A DNA stretch of 64,000 nucleotides from an uncultured delta proteobacterium (GTDB lineage: Bacteria; Desulfobacterota; Desulfuromonadia; Geobacterales; DSM-12255), in NCBI GenBank assembly GCA_963787125.1, contig CAWBBV010000011.1:192001-256000 (forward strand), given 5' to 3'. Below are positions 1-10,230 of this stretch, one piece after another. The notes below the pieces were generated by a model that ran no database searches, was not told the DNA's origin, and was given only the letters and a program-made list of their open reading frames with translations. The position numbers and the translations under genes are program-made. The first letter of the stretch is position 1; every line of letters starts with the position of its first letter.

Positions 1-186
1 AAAAACAGCGTGTTCAAGCACTGACTGATGGCCGAGCGACATGATCTTTTCAAGGAAAGCGACGATATCGTTTTGGGAAAGCTTGTCGTCCAGCTCCGCT
101 ATCGACGCGGAGGAGTAGCAAAGCCTGGCAGCAAGGGCAACGCTTCGTTCAGGATCAGATGTGTGCTGGAGAAGAGATACTTTCAT
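1..186 (-). CDS. thyX: FAD-dependent thymidylate synthase, 5' part (runs off window)
   Basis: Hand translation from ATG at 186: MKVSLLQHTSDPERSVALAARLCYS...LGHQSVLEHAVF; AARxCY and GHxSVLEH ThyX motifs; not in ORF track. Confidence 0.9.
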   Translation of the reverse strand, partial: MKVSLLQHTSDPERSVALAARLCYSSASIAELDDKLSQNDIVAFLEKIMSLGHQSVLEHAVF

Positions 187-216
187 TCAAGACTCCGATT
201 CAGACGATAAAACGCA

Positions 217-252
217 AGAGGGGGATTTTTGTCCAAGACAAAATCCCCCTCT
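217..252 (-). terminator. Hairpin downstream of rpmE, probable intrinsic terminator
   Basis: AGAGGGGGATTTT...AAAATCCCCCTCT inverted repeat, short T run after it on the minus strand. Confidence 0.6.
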
Positions 253-273
253 GCAAAATAATCGCTAGCGATG

Positions 274-474
274 TTAAACCTGACCGTAGCGCCTCTTGAA
301 TCTTTCAACGCGACCGGCTGTGTCCATAAGCTTCTGCTTGCCGGTGTAAAACGGATGGCACTGCGAACATACCTCAGTGCTGATCTCCGGCTTGGTTGAA
401 CGTGTTTCAAAGATGTTGCCGCAGAGACATTTCACTGTGACATCAACATATTTAGGGTGTATTCCTTCTCTCAT
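274..474 (-). CDS. rpmE: 50S ribosomal protein L31 (Zn-binding type)
   Basis: [29 protein letters not shown]. Confidence 0.97.
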   Translation of the reverse strand: MREGIHPKYVDVTVKCLCGNIFETRSTKPEISTEVCSQCHPFYTGKQKLMDTAGRVERFKRRYGQV

Positions 475-571
475 TCTTTCATCCTCCTATAAATACTGGC
501 AATTCACCAATTTATTTTGCTGTAAAGTATAAAAAGTAGCATTTACGAATAATTATTACAAGCAGTTTTTA

Positions 572-1819
572 CTACTTGCTCATGGCATCCAGAAATGCCT
601 GGTTGCTCTTCCTTTCCGAAAGCTTGTCGAGGAGGAACTCCATACTGTCGACAACATTCATAGGGTGAATCACCTTGCGGAGTATCCAGATGCGGTTAAG
701 CGAAGTTTTCTCGATAAGAAGTTCCTCTTTACGGGTACCTGACTTATTGATGTCGATAGCCGGAAACGTTCTCTTCTCGACGAGTTTGCGGTCGAGATGG
801 AGTTCCATATTGCCGGTCCCCTTGAACTCCTCAAAGATTACCTCATCCATCTTGCTGCCGGTATCAATAAGCGCCGTGGCAATAATTGTCAGCGACCCAC
901 CCTCTTCAATATTCCTTGCCGCCCCGAAAAACCTCTTCGGCTTATGGAGAGCATTGGAGTCAACCCCGCCGGAAAGAATCTTGCCGGATGGGGGGATGAC
1001 TGTGTTGTAGGCACGAGCAAGACGGGTGATGGAATCAAGCAGAATCACTACATCCCGCTTGTGTTCTACGAGACGCTTGGCTTTTTCGATAACCATTTCC
1101 GCCACCTGCACATGGCGAGAGGCAGGCTCATCAAAGGTGGAAGAGATTACTTCCCCCTTGACCGAGCGCTGCATGTCGGTAACCTCTTCTGGACGCTCAT
1201 CAATAAGAAGGACAATCAGATATACTTCAGGGTGATTCACGGCGATGGAGTTGGCGATATTCTGCAGCAGCATGGTTTTGCCGGTGCGGGGAGGGGCAAC
1301 GATGAGGCCGCGCTGGCCCTTACCGATAGGCGAGGTAAGCTCCATTACCCGCATAGGCATATTATCAGGCTCTGTCTCCAGATTGAGTTTTTCATCCGGG
1401 TAAAGCGGGGTCAGATTGTCGAAGAAGATCTTGTCGCGCGCCACCTCGGGAGCTTCAAAGTTTACCTTCTCAACCTTCAGCAGGGCAAAGTAGCGCTCTC
1501 CCTCTTTCGGTGGCCGTATCTGGCCGGAGACGGTATCCCCGGTATGCAGATTGAACCGCCTGATCTGGCTCGGCGAGACATAAATATCGTCCGGCCCCGG
1601 CAGGTAGTTGTAGTCCGGCGCCCGCAGAAAACCGAACCCGTCAGGAAGAGTTTCAAGCACCCCCTCGCCGTAGATCATGCCGTTCAGTTCGGTCTGGGCA
1701 TTAAGAAGCGCGAATATCAACTCCTGCTTCCGCATCCCGGAAGCCCCTTCAATGTTCAGCTCTCTTGCAAGGGTATTCAGCTCGCTGATCTTTTTGCCTT
1801 TAAGTTCTTGTAGGTTCAT
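572..1819 (-). CDS. rho: Transcription termination factor Rho
   Basis: [41 protein letters not shown]. Confidence 0.99.
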   Translation of the reverse strand: MNLQELKGKKISELNTLARELNIEGASGMRKQELIFALLNAQTELNGMIYGEGVLETLPDGFGFLRAPDYNYLPGPDDIYVSPSQIRRFNLHTGDTVSGQIRPPKEGERYFALLKVEKVNFEAPEVARDKIFFDNLTPLYPDEKLNLETEPDNMPMRVMELTSPIGKGQRGLIVAPPRTGKTMLLQNIANSIAVNHPEVYLIVLLIDERPEEVTDMQRSVKGEVISSTFDEPASRHVQVAEMVIEKAKRLVEHKRDVVILLDSITRLARAYNTVIPPSGKILSGGVDSNALHKPKRFFGAARNIEEGGSLTIIATALIDTGSKMDEVIFEEFKGTGNMELHLDRKLVEKRTFPAIDINKSGTRKEELLIEKTSLNRIWILRKVIHPMNVVDSMEFLLDKLSERKSNQAFLDAMSK

Positions 1820-2180
1820 CTTTTCTCCTGAAAACTAAATATACATGTTACCGAATGATTCGGCGTGATTATGGCGAAAAAAGGTACTCTCGAAAGAATT
1901 GCAAAAGCGTTCATGGAAACATTGAGTAAAAAGATTAAATGGTCTGGAGTTCCTGCTTAGTCGGATGGTTAATTGATAATGTTAACGTGCGGATTCAGAA
2001 AGGATATTTCGTTGCTATCTTTATAGCTTCGCTGGAATTACTTTGTCAATAAAAATAAACCGATGGGCGCGTAGCGCTGCTCTTTTACAAAAAGTCGTTT
2101 TCAGACACGAATAAAACACCATAATTCTCCGGCAAATCAGCCAGTTGACACTGTTTCACCGGCACATTAACACAAATAAT

Positions 2181-2226
2181 TTGACAGCAAACTAATATTG
2201 TTCTAACAATTTAGACAGTTTGCTGT
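2181..2226 (+). promoter_or_regulatory. Putative sigma70 promoter overlapped by an imperfect palindrome upstream of the ehr/hyf operon
   Basis: TTGACA at 2181; ACAGCAAACT(2184)/AGTTTGCTGT(2217) and ATTGTT/AACAAT inverted repeats. Confidence 0.45.
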
Positions 2227-2283
2227 TCATGCTTTTCAGTTGAAGCTTCGCATAAATCGCAGCCATGACAGCTCTACCTATAA

Positions 2284-4293
2284 GTGAGCAGCCACGATAT
2301 GATCTCTCCCTTAATCCCGATAATTACAGGCTCCATTCTAGCGGCAGTGGCCGGCCTTCCGCTCTTGTACCGTAATTCAAGGAGAGGAGAGACTTTTTCT
2401 GTCGCCCTCCAGGTTGCTGCCGCGCTCTTCGGCATTGCCGGAGCCCTGCAGACCCTCATTACCGGCACGGCAGAAAGATGGCTCCTTTTCTGGGGACTCC
2501 CGTTCGGACCGGCAGAAATTGGTATCGACCCACTCAGCGCCATCTTCCTCATCCCGATTTTCCTCATCTCTGGCTGCTGCGCCATTTACGCCCAAGGCTA
2601 CTGGCCGGCGGCGGAAAACAGTGATTCAGCGCCAAAACTCTCCTTTTTCTTCAGCATCCTGACCGCATCCCTGGCAGGAGTCGTAATCGCCCGCCACGCA
2701 GTGGTTTTTCTTTTTGCCTGGGAAATCATGGCAATCGCCTGTTATCTGGCAATGACGATTGACAGCCGCAAGAAAGAGGTCAGGGAAGCCGGCATCCTCT
2801 ATCTGGTAACCGCCCATTTAGGCACTCTGGCACTTTTTGGCTTCTTTATCCGGATTCACACCCTGACCGACTCCTGGTCATTTCCTGCAGCAGGGGCACT
2901 GCCGGGATCATCTGCCGCCGCTGGAGCAATCTTCATTGCCGCGCTGGTCGGTTTCGGCATGAAGGCAGGTGTAATGCCCCTGCATATCTGGCTCCCTTCA
3001 GCACACGCCAACGCCCCCAGCCACCTTTCAGCAATCATGTCCGGCGTCCTGATAAAAATGGGGATATACGGCCTTATCCGGACAGTGTCGCTTTTCAACA
3101 CCATCCCCTTCTGGTGGGGGGTGCTGATACTTGCCCTGGGGAGCATCTCGGGGGTTGCCGGAGTTGTCTTTGCCATCGGCCAGCACGACCTGAAGCGCCT
3201 GCTCGCCTATCACAGTATCGAGAATATCGGCATCATCCTTATGGGGATCGGTGTCTCACTCATGGGACTCAGCAACAACATTCCGGCACTCGTGCTTCTT
3301 GGCATGTCCGGAGCGCTACTGCACACGCTCAATCACGCCGTTTTCAAGTCACTCCTTTTTTTGGGTGCAGGAGCAGTTATCCACGCCTGTGGCACTCGTG
3401 AAATCGACCGAATGGGGGGCTTGATAAAGAAGATGCCCTTGACGGCGTTCTATTTTCTGACTGGAGCAGTTGCCATCTGCGGACTGCCGCCCCTGAACGG
3501 TTTTGTGAGCGAATGGCTGATCTATATGGGTTTTTTCAGGGGGATCCTGGATACCGACACTCTCAATGACCCCTACCTTGCCCTGGCAGTTCCGGCACTG
3601 GCTCTCATCGGTGGGCTGGCGTCAGCATGCTTCGTCAAAGTTTTCGGCATAGCTTTCCTCGGCACCCCCCGCACCGACTCTGCCGCTGAAACCCACGAAT
3701 CACCGTTGTCAATGTTAATCCCCATGGGGCTTCTTGCCACGATCTGCATTTTCATCGGCGTCATCCCCCAGAGCATCGCCCCGCTCCTTGAAACCGCAAC
3801 CGACTCTATCTTCCCCGCTGTTGCAGGCAGCACGAAGCTTGCTGACAATGTCTCTCTTTGGATGATTTCAGCCGGGTCTGTCATCCTGCTGCTGCTGATT
3901 GGCTGCGCGGCTGCCATCTACCGCTCCCGTCTCACTAACTCCCCGGTGACAGCTGCTGAGACCTGGGGGTGCGGTTACCGGGCGCCTTCGCCGCGCATGC
4001 AGTACACAGCATCCTCCTTTGCCGCCATACTTACTTCACTTTTTGGCGGCATCCTCCGCACCCACATAAAAAATCCGGAAATAACCGGGTATTTTCCTAA
4101 AAACGCCTCCTTCAGAAGTCATGTTCCCGAAGCTCTGCTTGAAGGAGTATATCTGCCACTCTTTAACAGTGCCAACAGCCGTCTTTCCCTTTTACGCAGG
4201 CTGCAGCACGGCAAGCTGCATCTCTACATCCTTTACATTGTTGTGACCCTGATAGCGCTGCTGGTTTGGAGCCACTTCCGGGGCAGGAGCTGA
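2284..4293 (+). CDS. hyfB: HyfB-like antiporter subunit of the Ehr/hydrogenase-4-like complex
   Basis: Polytopic; KAGVMPLHIWLPSAHANAPS, KRLLAYHSIENIG, PPLNGFVSEW, TWGCGY. Confidence 0.9.
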   Translation: MSSHDMISPLIPIITGSILAAVAGLPLLYRNSRRGETFSVALQVAAALFGIAGALQTLITGTAERWLLFWGLPFGPAEIGIDPLSAIFLIPIFLISGCCAIYAQGYWPAAENSDSAPKLSFFFSILTASLAGVVIARHAVVFLFAWEIMAIACYLAMTIDSRKKEVREAGILYLVTAHLGTLALFGFFIRIHTLTDSWSFPAAGALPGSSAAAGAIFIAALVGFGMKAGVMPLHIWLPSAHANAPSHLSAIMSGVLIKMGIYGLIRTVSLFNTIPFWWGVLILALGSISGVAGVVFAIGQHDLKRLLAYHSIENIGIILMGIGVSLMGLSNNIPALVLLGMSGALLHTLNHAVFKSLLFLGAGAVIHACGTREIDRMGGLIKKMPLTAFYFLTGAVAICGLPPLNGFVSEWLIYMGFFRGILDTDTLNDPYLALAVPALALIGGLASACFVKVFGIAFLGTPRTDSAAETHESPLSMLIPMGLLATICIFIGVIPQSIAPLLETATDSIFPAVAGSTKLADNVSLWMISAGSVILLLLIGCAAAIYRSRLTNSPVTAAETWGCGYRAPSPRMQYTASSFAAILTSLFGGILRTHIKNPEITGYFPKNASFRSHVPEALLEGVYLPLFNSANSRLSLLRRLQHGKLHLYILYIVVTLIALLVWSHFRGRS

Positions 4294-4294
4294 C

Positions 4295-5221
4295 ATGCAG
4301 CAGCTTGCCAACATAGCCATCCACCTTTTGCTGGTAGCTCTTTTCCCGCCACTGCTCCTTGGCGTGATCAACAGAACAAAAGCGCGCTTTGCCGGCAGGA
4401 CGGGCGCGCCTATCCTGCAGCCTTATTACGACATCATCCGACTTTGGCGCAAAGGCTCGGTATTCAGCCCGACAACATCCCTGATTTTCAGAGCCGGGCC
4501 GGTGGTAACGGTAGCCACAACACTGGCAGCAGCGCTGCTGATGCCGCTGGGCAACCATCCGGCACCGCTGTCGTTCAACGGCGACATGATCCTGTTTGCT
4601 TACCTGCTTGGCCTGGCGCGTTTCTTCACCGTTGCGGCGGCCCTTGATACCGGCTCAAGCTTTGAAGGGATGGGGGGGGCCAGAGAAGCAACCTTCGCCT
4701 GCCTGGCAGAACCGGCTCTTTTCTTTTCACTGGTGGTTCTTGCAAGAATCAGTCACTCTTTGTCGCTGACAGGGATGCTGAACGACTTTCCGCCAACTGT
4801 CTGGTTTGGTTCAGGTGCGGCGCTGCTCCTGATGGTCGGAGCGCTCTTCATCCTCCTGCTTTCGGAAAACTGCCGGATACCTTTTGATGACCCCAACACC
4901 CACCTGGAGCTGACCATGATTCATGAAGTCATGGTACTTGATCACAGCGGCCCGGGGCTTGCTGCCGTTCTTTACGCCGCCGCCCTGAAACTTCTCCTGT
5001 TGGGAGCCCTGTTCATTCATATAACCGTTCCTTTCAGAAGCGGCAATTTTCTCCTGGACTGGTGCGCTTTCAGCGGGGCGATGATAATTCTCGCCATCAC
5101 CATCGGCATTGTTGAATCTTCCATGGCACGGCTCAAACTGACAAGAATCCCGCAACTCCTGATTGCCGCCTGCATTCTCGCCGCTTTTGCCATGCTCCTG
5201 GTTGTGAGGCAGACATCATGA
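4295..5221 (+). CDS. hyfC: HyfC/NuoH-like membrane subunit
   Basis: GRTGAPILQPYYD, DTGSSFEGMG, RIPFDDPNTHLELTMIHE. Confidence 0.9.
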   Translation: MQQLANIAIHLLLVALFPPLLLGVINRTKARFAGRTGAPILQPYYDIIRLWRKGSVFSPTTSLIFRAGPVVTVATTLAAALLMPLGNHPAPLSFNGDMILFAYLLGLARFFTVAAALDTGSSFEGMGGAREATFACLAEPALFFSLVVLARISHSLSLTGMLNDFPPTVWFGSGAALLLMVGALFILLLSENCRIPFDDPNTHLELTMIHEVMVLDHSGPGLAAVLYAAALKLLLLGALFIHITVPFRSGNFLLDWCAFSGAMIILAITIGIVESSMARLKLTRIPQLLIAACILAAFAMLLVVRQTS

Positions 5222-5856
5222 ACACTTTTGCCGACCAGCTCCTCGTACTGGTATTTCTCCTCAACTTCATGATTCTGGGGACAAGCCGCATCAACATCGC
5301 CATCCGGGTCGTAGCTGTGCAGGGGGTAGCACTGGGGCTCATCCCGTCAATCCTGCATGATTTCTCCTGGCATCTGTTTCTGATCTCCGCCGGGATGATT
5401 GCGGCCAAAGGTATTTTTATCCCCCTACTCCTGAGCAAAGCGGTTCGCTCCATCGGCATTAAAAGGGAGGAAGAGCCTTTTCTCGGCTACATTTCAATCA
5501 TGCTCATCGGTGCTGTTGCCACCGCGCTGGCATTCATCTTCGCCGAGCAGCTCCCTCTGGCCCCCCAGCACAAAGGACTACTGTTTGTCCCGGCAGCCAT
5601 AGCGACATTCATGACCGGCTGCCTGCTCCTTGTCAGCCGTAAAAAGGCGATCTCGCAAGTCACCGGTTACCTCATTCTTGAAAACGGCATCTTTATTTTC
5701 GGCCTGCTCCTGACAGAGGCGATGCCGGTTATGGTTGAGGCAGGGGCGCTGCTCGACCTGCTTGTCGGCATATTTGTCATGGGGATCATCATCAACCAGA
5801 TCAGCCAGGAGTTCTCGTCAATTGACACCTCACGGCTGACGTCACTGAAAGAGTAG
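5218..5856 (+). CDS. hyfE: HyfE-like membrane subunit
   Basis: Hydrophobic; QVTGYLILENGI motif; operon position. Confidence 0.85.
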   Translation: MNTFADQLLVLVFLLNFMILGTSRINIAIRVVAVQGVALGLIPSILHDFSWHLFLISAGMIAAKGIFIPLLLSKAVRSIGIKREEEPFLGYISIMLIGAVATALAFIFAEQLPLAPQHKGLLFVPAAIATFMTGCLLLVSRKKAISQVTGYLILENGIFIFGLLLTEAMPVMVEAGALLDLLVGIFVMGIIINQISQEFSSIDTSRLTSLKE

Positions 5857-5858
5857 CC

Positions 5859-7292
5859 ATGATAGCCATTCTCATCATGATTCCGTTTCTTGGCGCCATA
5901 GCCGCCTGGATAATGCCTGACAACCGGCAAAGACCACTTATCCTCCCACTCATTGGCGCTCTGCACCTGATGCTTGCACTTACCCTGATCGCGTCTCCCC
6001 CTCCACTGTCCCTGAATGGCTGGATTTTTCTCGATCCACTGGGAAAACTTGTCCTACTTGGCGTCAGCACTCTTTTCTTTTTCTGCTCAATTTACTCCGT
6101 AGGTTATCTTGCCTACCGGCAGGAGCGCAGCAACCGGACCCTCTGCATGGGGCTCCTCCTCTGCCTGGCGGCAATGTCCCTGGTCACCGTTGCACAGCAC
6201 CTGGGGCTGCTCTGGATCGCCATCGAAACAACCACACTTGCCATGGCCCCCCTTATCTACTTCAACCGCAACGCCCGCTCAATCGAAGCAACCTGGAAAT
6301 ACATGCTCATCTGTTCTATCGGCATCGCCATGGCACTCCTCGGTCTCTACTTCCTCGCCTATGCGACAGTCGTAGCAAAACATGAACCGACTCTCCTTTT
6401 GGCGCCACTTTTGGCCGGAGCGAAAACACTCTCACCGGCATGGCTGAACGGTGCCTTCATCTTCCTCCTGGTCGGTTTCGGCACAAAAATCGGCCTGGCA
6501 CCGCTGCACACCTGGAAGCCTGATGCTTACGGGGAAGCGCCGGGTCTTGTCGGCGCCCTGCTTGCCGGAGGATTGGTAAATTGCGGTTTCCTCGGCATCT
6601 GCCGGATCTATCAGATATGCCTGGCCGCCGGCAATTCGCTTTTTTACCAGGAAGCGTTGACTGCTCTCGGCTTTCTCTCCATGCTGACCGCTGCTGTTTT
6701 TGTTCTCAAACAGGCCGATTTTAAAAGGCTGCTGGCCTACTCAAGCGTCGAACATGTCGGCTTTATGGCAATCGGCCTGGGGATTGGCAAAGGGGCTACC
6801 TACGGAACACTTTTCCACCTGTTCAATAACGGCCTGACAAAGGGAGTTCTCTTTCTGACAGCGGCAAACATTCACCGTTCCTACAAAAGTAAACGTGTAG
6901 AGAGGGTGCGTGGTGTCATGGAACGGCTACCATGGTCCGGCTGGCTCTTCATGGCAGCGCTTTTTGCCATTACCGGTTCACCCCCTTTTTCGACCTTTAT
7001 CAGTGAATTCCTGATTCTGAACGGCATTTTCGCCGCCGGTGAAAACCTGGCGGGGATTGCTATCATAGTTCTTTTCGGCATTATCTTTATCGGCATGGCG
7101 ACCACTATTCTCCCGATTCTGACCGGCCGCGCCGGCAAAGAGCTTGATGACAGCGGCTACCGGGACAGAGTTTTGACTGTTGCGCCACCGTTTATCCTCA
7201 TGCTGCTGACCCTGCTTTTCGGTATCTGGATACCTGCGCCGCTCCATTCAATCCTGACTGACGCAGCAGCGATGCTCGGGGCAAAACCATGA
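5859..7292 (+). CDS. hyfF: HyfF-like antiporter subunit
   Basis: EATWKY, GTKIGLAPLHTWKPDAY, KRLLAYSSVEHVG. Confidence 0.9.
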   Translation: MIAILIMIPFLGAIAAWIMPDNRQRPLILPLIGALHLMLALTLIASPPPLSLNGWIFLDPLGKLVLLGVSTLFFFCSIYSVGYLAYRQERSNRTLCMGLLLCLAAMSLVTVAQHLGLLWIAIETTTLAMAPLIYFNRNARSIEATWKYMLICSIGIAMALLGLYFLAYATVVAKHEPTLLLAPLLAGAKTLSPAWLNGAFIFLLVGFGTKIGLAPLHTWKPDAYGEAPGLVGALLAGGLVNCGFLGICRIYQICLAAGNSLFYQEALTALGFLSMLTAAVFVLKQADFKRLLAYSSVEHVGFMAIGLGIGKGATYGTLFHLFNNGLTKGVLFLTAANIHRSYKSKRVERVRGVMERLPWSGWLFMAALFAITGSPPFSTFISEFLILNGIFAAGENLAGIAIIVLFGIIFIGMATTILPILTGRAGKELDDSGYRDRVLTVAPPFILMLLTLLFGIWIPAPLHSILTDAAAMLGAKP

Positions 7293-8806
7293 ACAGATCA
7301 CTAAAAATAGCAAAAAACGGTGAAGCCTTCCCACTTGCGGACATTCCACAATTCGAACCAAACGATTTCCTCCAGAAGATAATAACTGAAACCGGCGCCG
7401 GTTGGCGGGTTCTGAGTATGTTTGGCGCACCGAAAGAGTGCGGGGTGGATCTCTATGCCGTCCTCGGCGCCAGACTCGAACACCAGCTCGGTGTCATGAA
7501 GTGCACTGTCACTGAATCGTTCCCTTCCATAAGCGAGTATGTGCCGCAACTGCACCTTTTCGAGCGGGAAATCGCTGAAAACTGGGGGGTAATTCCGGAA
7601 GATCACCCCTGGTTCAAACCGGTCAGATTCAGCCGTACCCGCAACGGCGGGATAAACACCTTCGCAACTTCAGCTGACGAGCCGATAGCGCCCGGGGTTA
7701 CCGATTACTTCCGGGTCAACGGTGAAGAGGTCCATGAAGTTGCAGTCGGCCCGGTTCACGCCGGCATCATCGAACCGGGACATTTTCGTTTTCAGTGCCA
7801 CGGTGAGACGGTTTTTCATCTGGAGATTAGCCTTGGCTACCAGCATCGCGGCATTGAACGGCAGCTGACGGGCGGACCTCACCCCGAAACAGTTCATCAG
7901 ATTGAGGCGGTTGCCGGTGACACGACCATAGGGCACACCCAGGCTTACTGCATGATTATGGAGGGGCTCGGGAGTTCCCCGGCAGCGGAGCGCGGTGAGT
8001 CGATCAGGGCAATAGCGCTGGAGCTGGAGCGGCTGGCCAATCACTGCGGTGACCTCGGCGCTCTGGCAGGTGATGTCGGGTATCTGCCAACCATGTCCTA
8101 CTGCGGCCGCATCCGGGGCGACTTCCTCAATATGACGGCGCTGCTTTGCGGCAGCCGTTTCGGCCGCGGGCTGGTGAGACCGGGCGGGAGCGCTTTTGAT
8201 ATCGATACCCGCCGGTTGATGGAGTTGCAGAGGCGACTGGCCGCTGCCAGGGCTGATCTGAAATGTGCCGTTGATCTCCTCTGGCACTCTTCTTCAGCCA
8301 TGGCCCGCTTTGAAGAGACCGGAAAAGTGTCGCGTGAGGCAGCGCTCGAACTGGGACTGGTCGGCCCGGCTGCCAGAGCCTGCGGAATCCAGCGTGACGT
8401 GCGCAGCAGTTTCCCCTTCGGAGCTTACAAGAGAGCTGACTGGCAGCCCGCTACCGACCCTCACGGAGACGTGTTTGCCCGGGCAATGGTCAGGTGGCTT
8501 GAGTGTGAGAAATCTATCGAATTCATTGCCGCAGAACTGGACCGCCTGCCTCAAGGACCATGTCGCAATCTGGTTGCCGCCCCGGCGCCTGAAACCATGG
8601 CAATCGCCTTGACAGAGGGGTGGCGCGGGGAGATCTGCCATACTGCCATCACTGATGCGCACGGCAGCTTCGCCGCCTACAAGATTGTCGATCCATCATT
8701 CCACAACTGGACCGGCCTTGCCCTGGCGCTCCGGGGCGAGCAGATCTCCGATTTCCCCCTGTGCAACAAGAGCTTCAACCTGTCGTACTGCGGCTTCGAT
8801 CTTTAA
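7289..8806 (+). CDS. hyfG: HyfG/HycE-like (NuoCD-like) large subunit without Ni-binding CxxC motifs (EhrL type)
   Basis: FEREIAE, VGPVHAGIIEPGHFRF, HRGIE, EGWRGE, C-terminal NKSFNLSYCGFDL instead of DPCxxC. Confidence 0.88.
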   Translation: MNRSLKIAKNGEAFPLADIPQFEPNDFLQKIITETGAGWRVLSMFGAPKECGVDLYAVLGARLEHQLGVMKCTVTESFPSISEYVPQLHLFEREIAENWGVIPEDHPWFKPVRFSRTRNGGINTFATSADEPIAPGVTDYFRVNGEEVHEVAVGPVHAGIIEPGHFRFQCHGETVFHLEISLGYQHRGIERQLTGGPHPETVHQIEAVAGDTTIGHTQAYCMIMEGLGSSPAAERGESIRAIALELERLANHCGDLGALAGDVGYLPTMSYCGRIRGDFLNMTALLCGSRFGRGLVRPGGSAFDIDTRRLMELQRRLAAARADLKCAVDLLWHSSSAMARFEETGKVSREAALELGLVGPAARACGIQRDVRSSFPFGAYKRADWQPATDPHGDVFARAMVRWLECEKSIEFIAAELDRLPQGPCRNLVAAPAPETMAIALTEGWRGEICHTAITDAHGSFAAYKIVDPSFHNWTGLALALRGEQISDFPLCNKSFNLSYCGFDL

Positions 8807-8847
8807 GGGTAAAGGCCTGACTGTTTTCTTGCCAGCGGTAAAATCAA

Positions 8848-9084
8848 CTACTCTAAACTGCTTTGAAGTTTGGCTTCTACGAGGGAGATAATCCGGGAGG
8901 CAGGGACACAGAGCCCCTTGGAAAGCTGAAATATGGTCACGAGGGATGGTTGCTGACGACCAGTTTCAAGAAGGGAAATAAAGGAGCGATCCAGAAAGCA
9001 TTCATGGGCGAGATCTTCCTGAGAAAGCTTTTTCTGCTTTCTCAGTTCTTTTAAGACTTCGCCGAATGCCTTTTCGATGGTCAC
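8848..9084 (-). CDS. XRE-family HTH regulator, restriction-modification C-protein-like
   Basis: FGEVLKELRKQKKLSQEDLA...LDRSFISLLETG..QPSL. Confidence 0.88.
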   Translation of the reverse strand: MTIEKAFGEVLKELRKQKKLSQEDLAHECFLDRSFISLLETGRQQPSLVTIFQLSKGLCVPASRIISLVEAKLQSSLE

Positions 9085-9134
9085 TGATGCCCCCTGTTAC
9101 GAGGCGGACGCTACCATGAAAGGCGGTTATTAGC

Positions 9135-9188
9135 TGTTGACAGTAGTCAACAAAAAGTGTTGACAAGATAAAGTTCGTTTTGCATGAT
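9135..9188. promoter_or_regulatory. Divergent promoter region with repeated TGTTGAC/GTCAACA operator half-sites
   Basis: TGTTGAC-AGTA-GTCAACA-AAAAG-TGTTGAC; TTGACA(9160) with CATGAT 17 bp downstream. Confidence 0.55.
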
Positions 9189-9257
9189 TCGGCCTTAATG
9201 GTAAATTGGCTTAATTATAGGTCCGTAAGCTGATGGGCTGGTTAAAGGAGATTTAAA

Positions 9258-10184
9258 ATGAAACAAAGCGCAATTTTCAACAGATTCATGCTGATTCAGT
9301 TTGTAGTAATTTTAGTCCTCATGTCTGCCGGGACAGTATTAGCAGCGAATGCCATCTCGCTTCCGGCATCTGAGCCGTACACCATCTACTACACGACCAA
9401 CGGAGCAACGCCGACTGCGCCAACGAGCAACATCACAGCCACTTCAACCGCTGCTATAGAGACATTTTCTCTCGTCCCTAACGCAGGCAAAGGGAAGAGC
9501 TATAAAAAACCGGAAAAACTCAAAATCCATGAGTCGAAACGTGAGTTTGAAAAGCATGTTAAAGAGAAGCATGGCAAGCGATTTAATGTTATGGATTATG
9601 GTGCTAGACAAACAGAGAATGGCTTAGAAGGTAATATTTTTATTGCCGAAAACAGGGACCCAGCCTTCCTACAACTTGGCGACACATGCAACGAAGGGGA
9701 GCGGGCGCGGCGGGTAGCAATAGCTCAGGAGTTCTTTCTAAACAACTCGGAGTTGATTGGGTTCACGGAAAACGAAGAGCTGCAGGTGCGTGGAATTGAG
9801 CGTAATTACTGTGGCAGTCTTTATTTTGACAGATACATAAACGGATATAAATTAGTCGGTTCTGTCATTCATTTTGGATTTGAACCACAATATAACTATA
9901 GCATTATTGCAACATTAAGGGTTATTACCCCCGAAATGTACACAGCAGCGCAACAGAAAGGGCTTAGCGAAGAAGAGATTGCCGACATAGTTTACCAAGA
10001 CCTGAATATCCCTACTACCGACAATAAAAGTAAAAGATTAAAAAGTCTGCCAAAGTTGGAGATGCGCAAGCACCTGCGCAACGAGAAGCCTTATGTTATC
10101 TGGGAGGTAAGGGACAGGTATTTTTACGAAATTGACGCTATCACCGGTGAGATCGTATTCAAAAAACCGAATGTAAAATATTGA
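9258..10184 (+). CDS. Secreted protein with FTP-like and PepSY-like (M4 propeptide) domains
   Basis: AAGGAG RBS; signal peptide; TIYYTTNGATPT fragment; YFDRYINGYKLVGSVIHF (FTP-like); WEV..YEIDAITGEIV (PepSY-like). Confidence 0.65.
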   Translation: MKQSAIFNRFMLIQFVVILVLMSAGTVLAANAISLPASEPYTIYYTTNGATPTAPTSNITATSTAAIETFSLVPNAGKGKSYKKPEKLKIHESKREFEKHVKEKHGKRFNVMDYGARQTENGLEGNIFIAENRDPAFLQLGDTCNEGERARRVAIAQEFFLNNSELIGFTENEELQVRGIERNYCGSLYFDRYINGYKLVGSVIHFGFEPQYNYSIIATLRVITPEMYTAAQQKGLSEEEIADIVYQDLNIPTTDNKSKRLKSLPKLEMRKHLRNEKPYVIWEVRDRYFYEIDAITGEIVFKKPNVKY

Positions 10185-10230
10185 TTCCATATATTTATTA
10201 ACTGAAAACTTCATTTCAATATCGGAAATC

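Noticed and set aside
28..210. 60-aa plus-strand ORF
   Set aside because: The opposite strand encodes ThyX motifs.
797..1813. 338-aa plus-strand ORF
   Set aside because: Antisense shadow of rho; no motifs.
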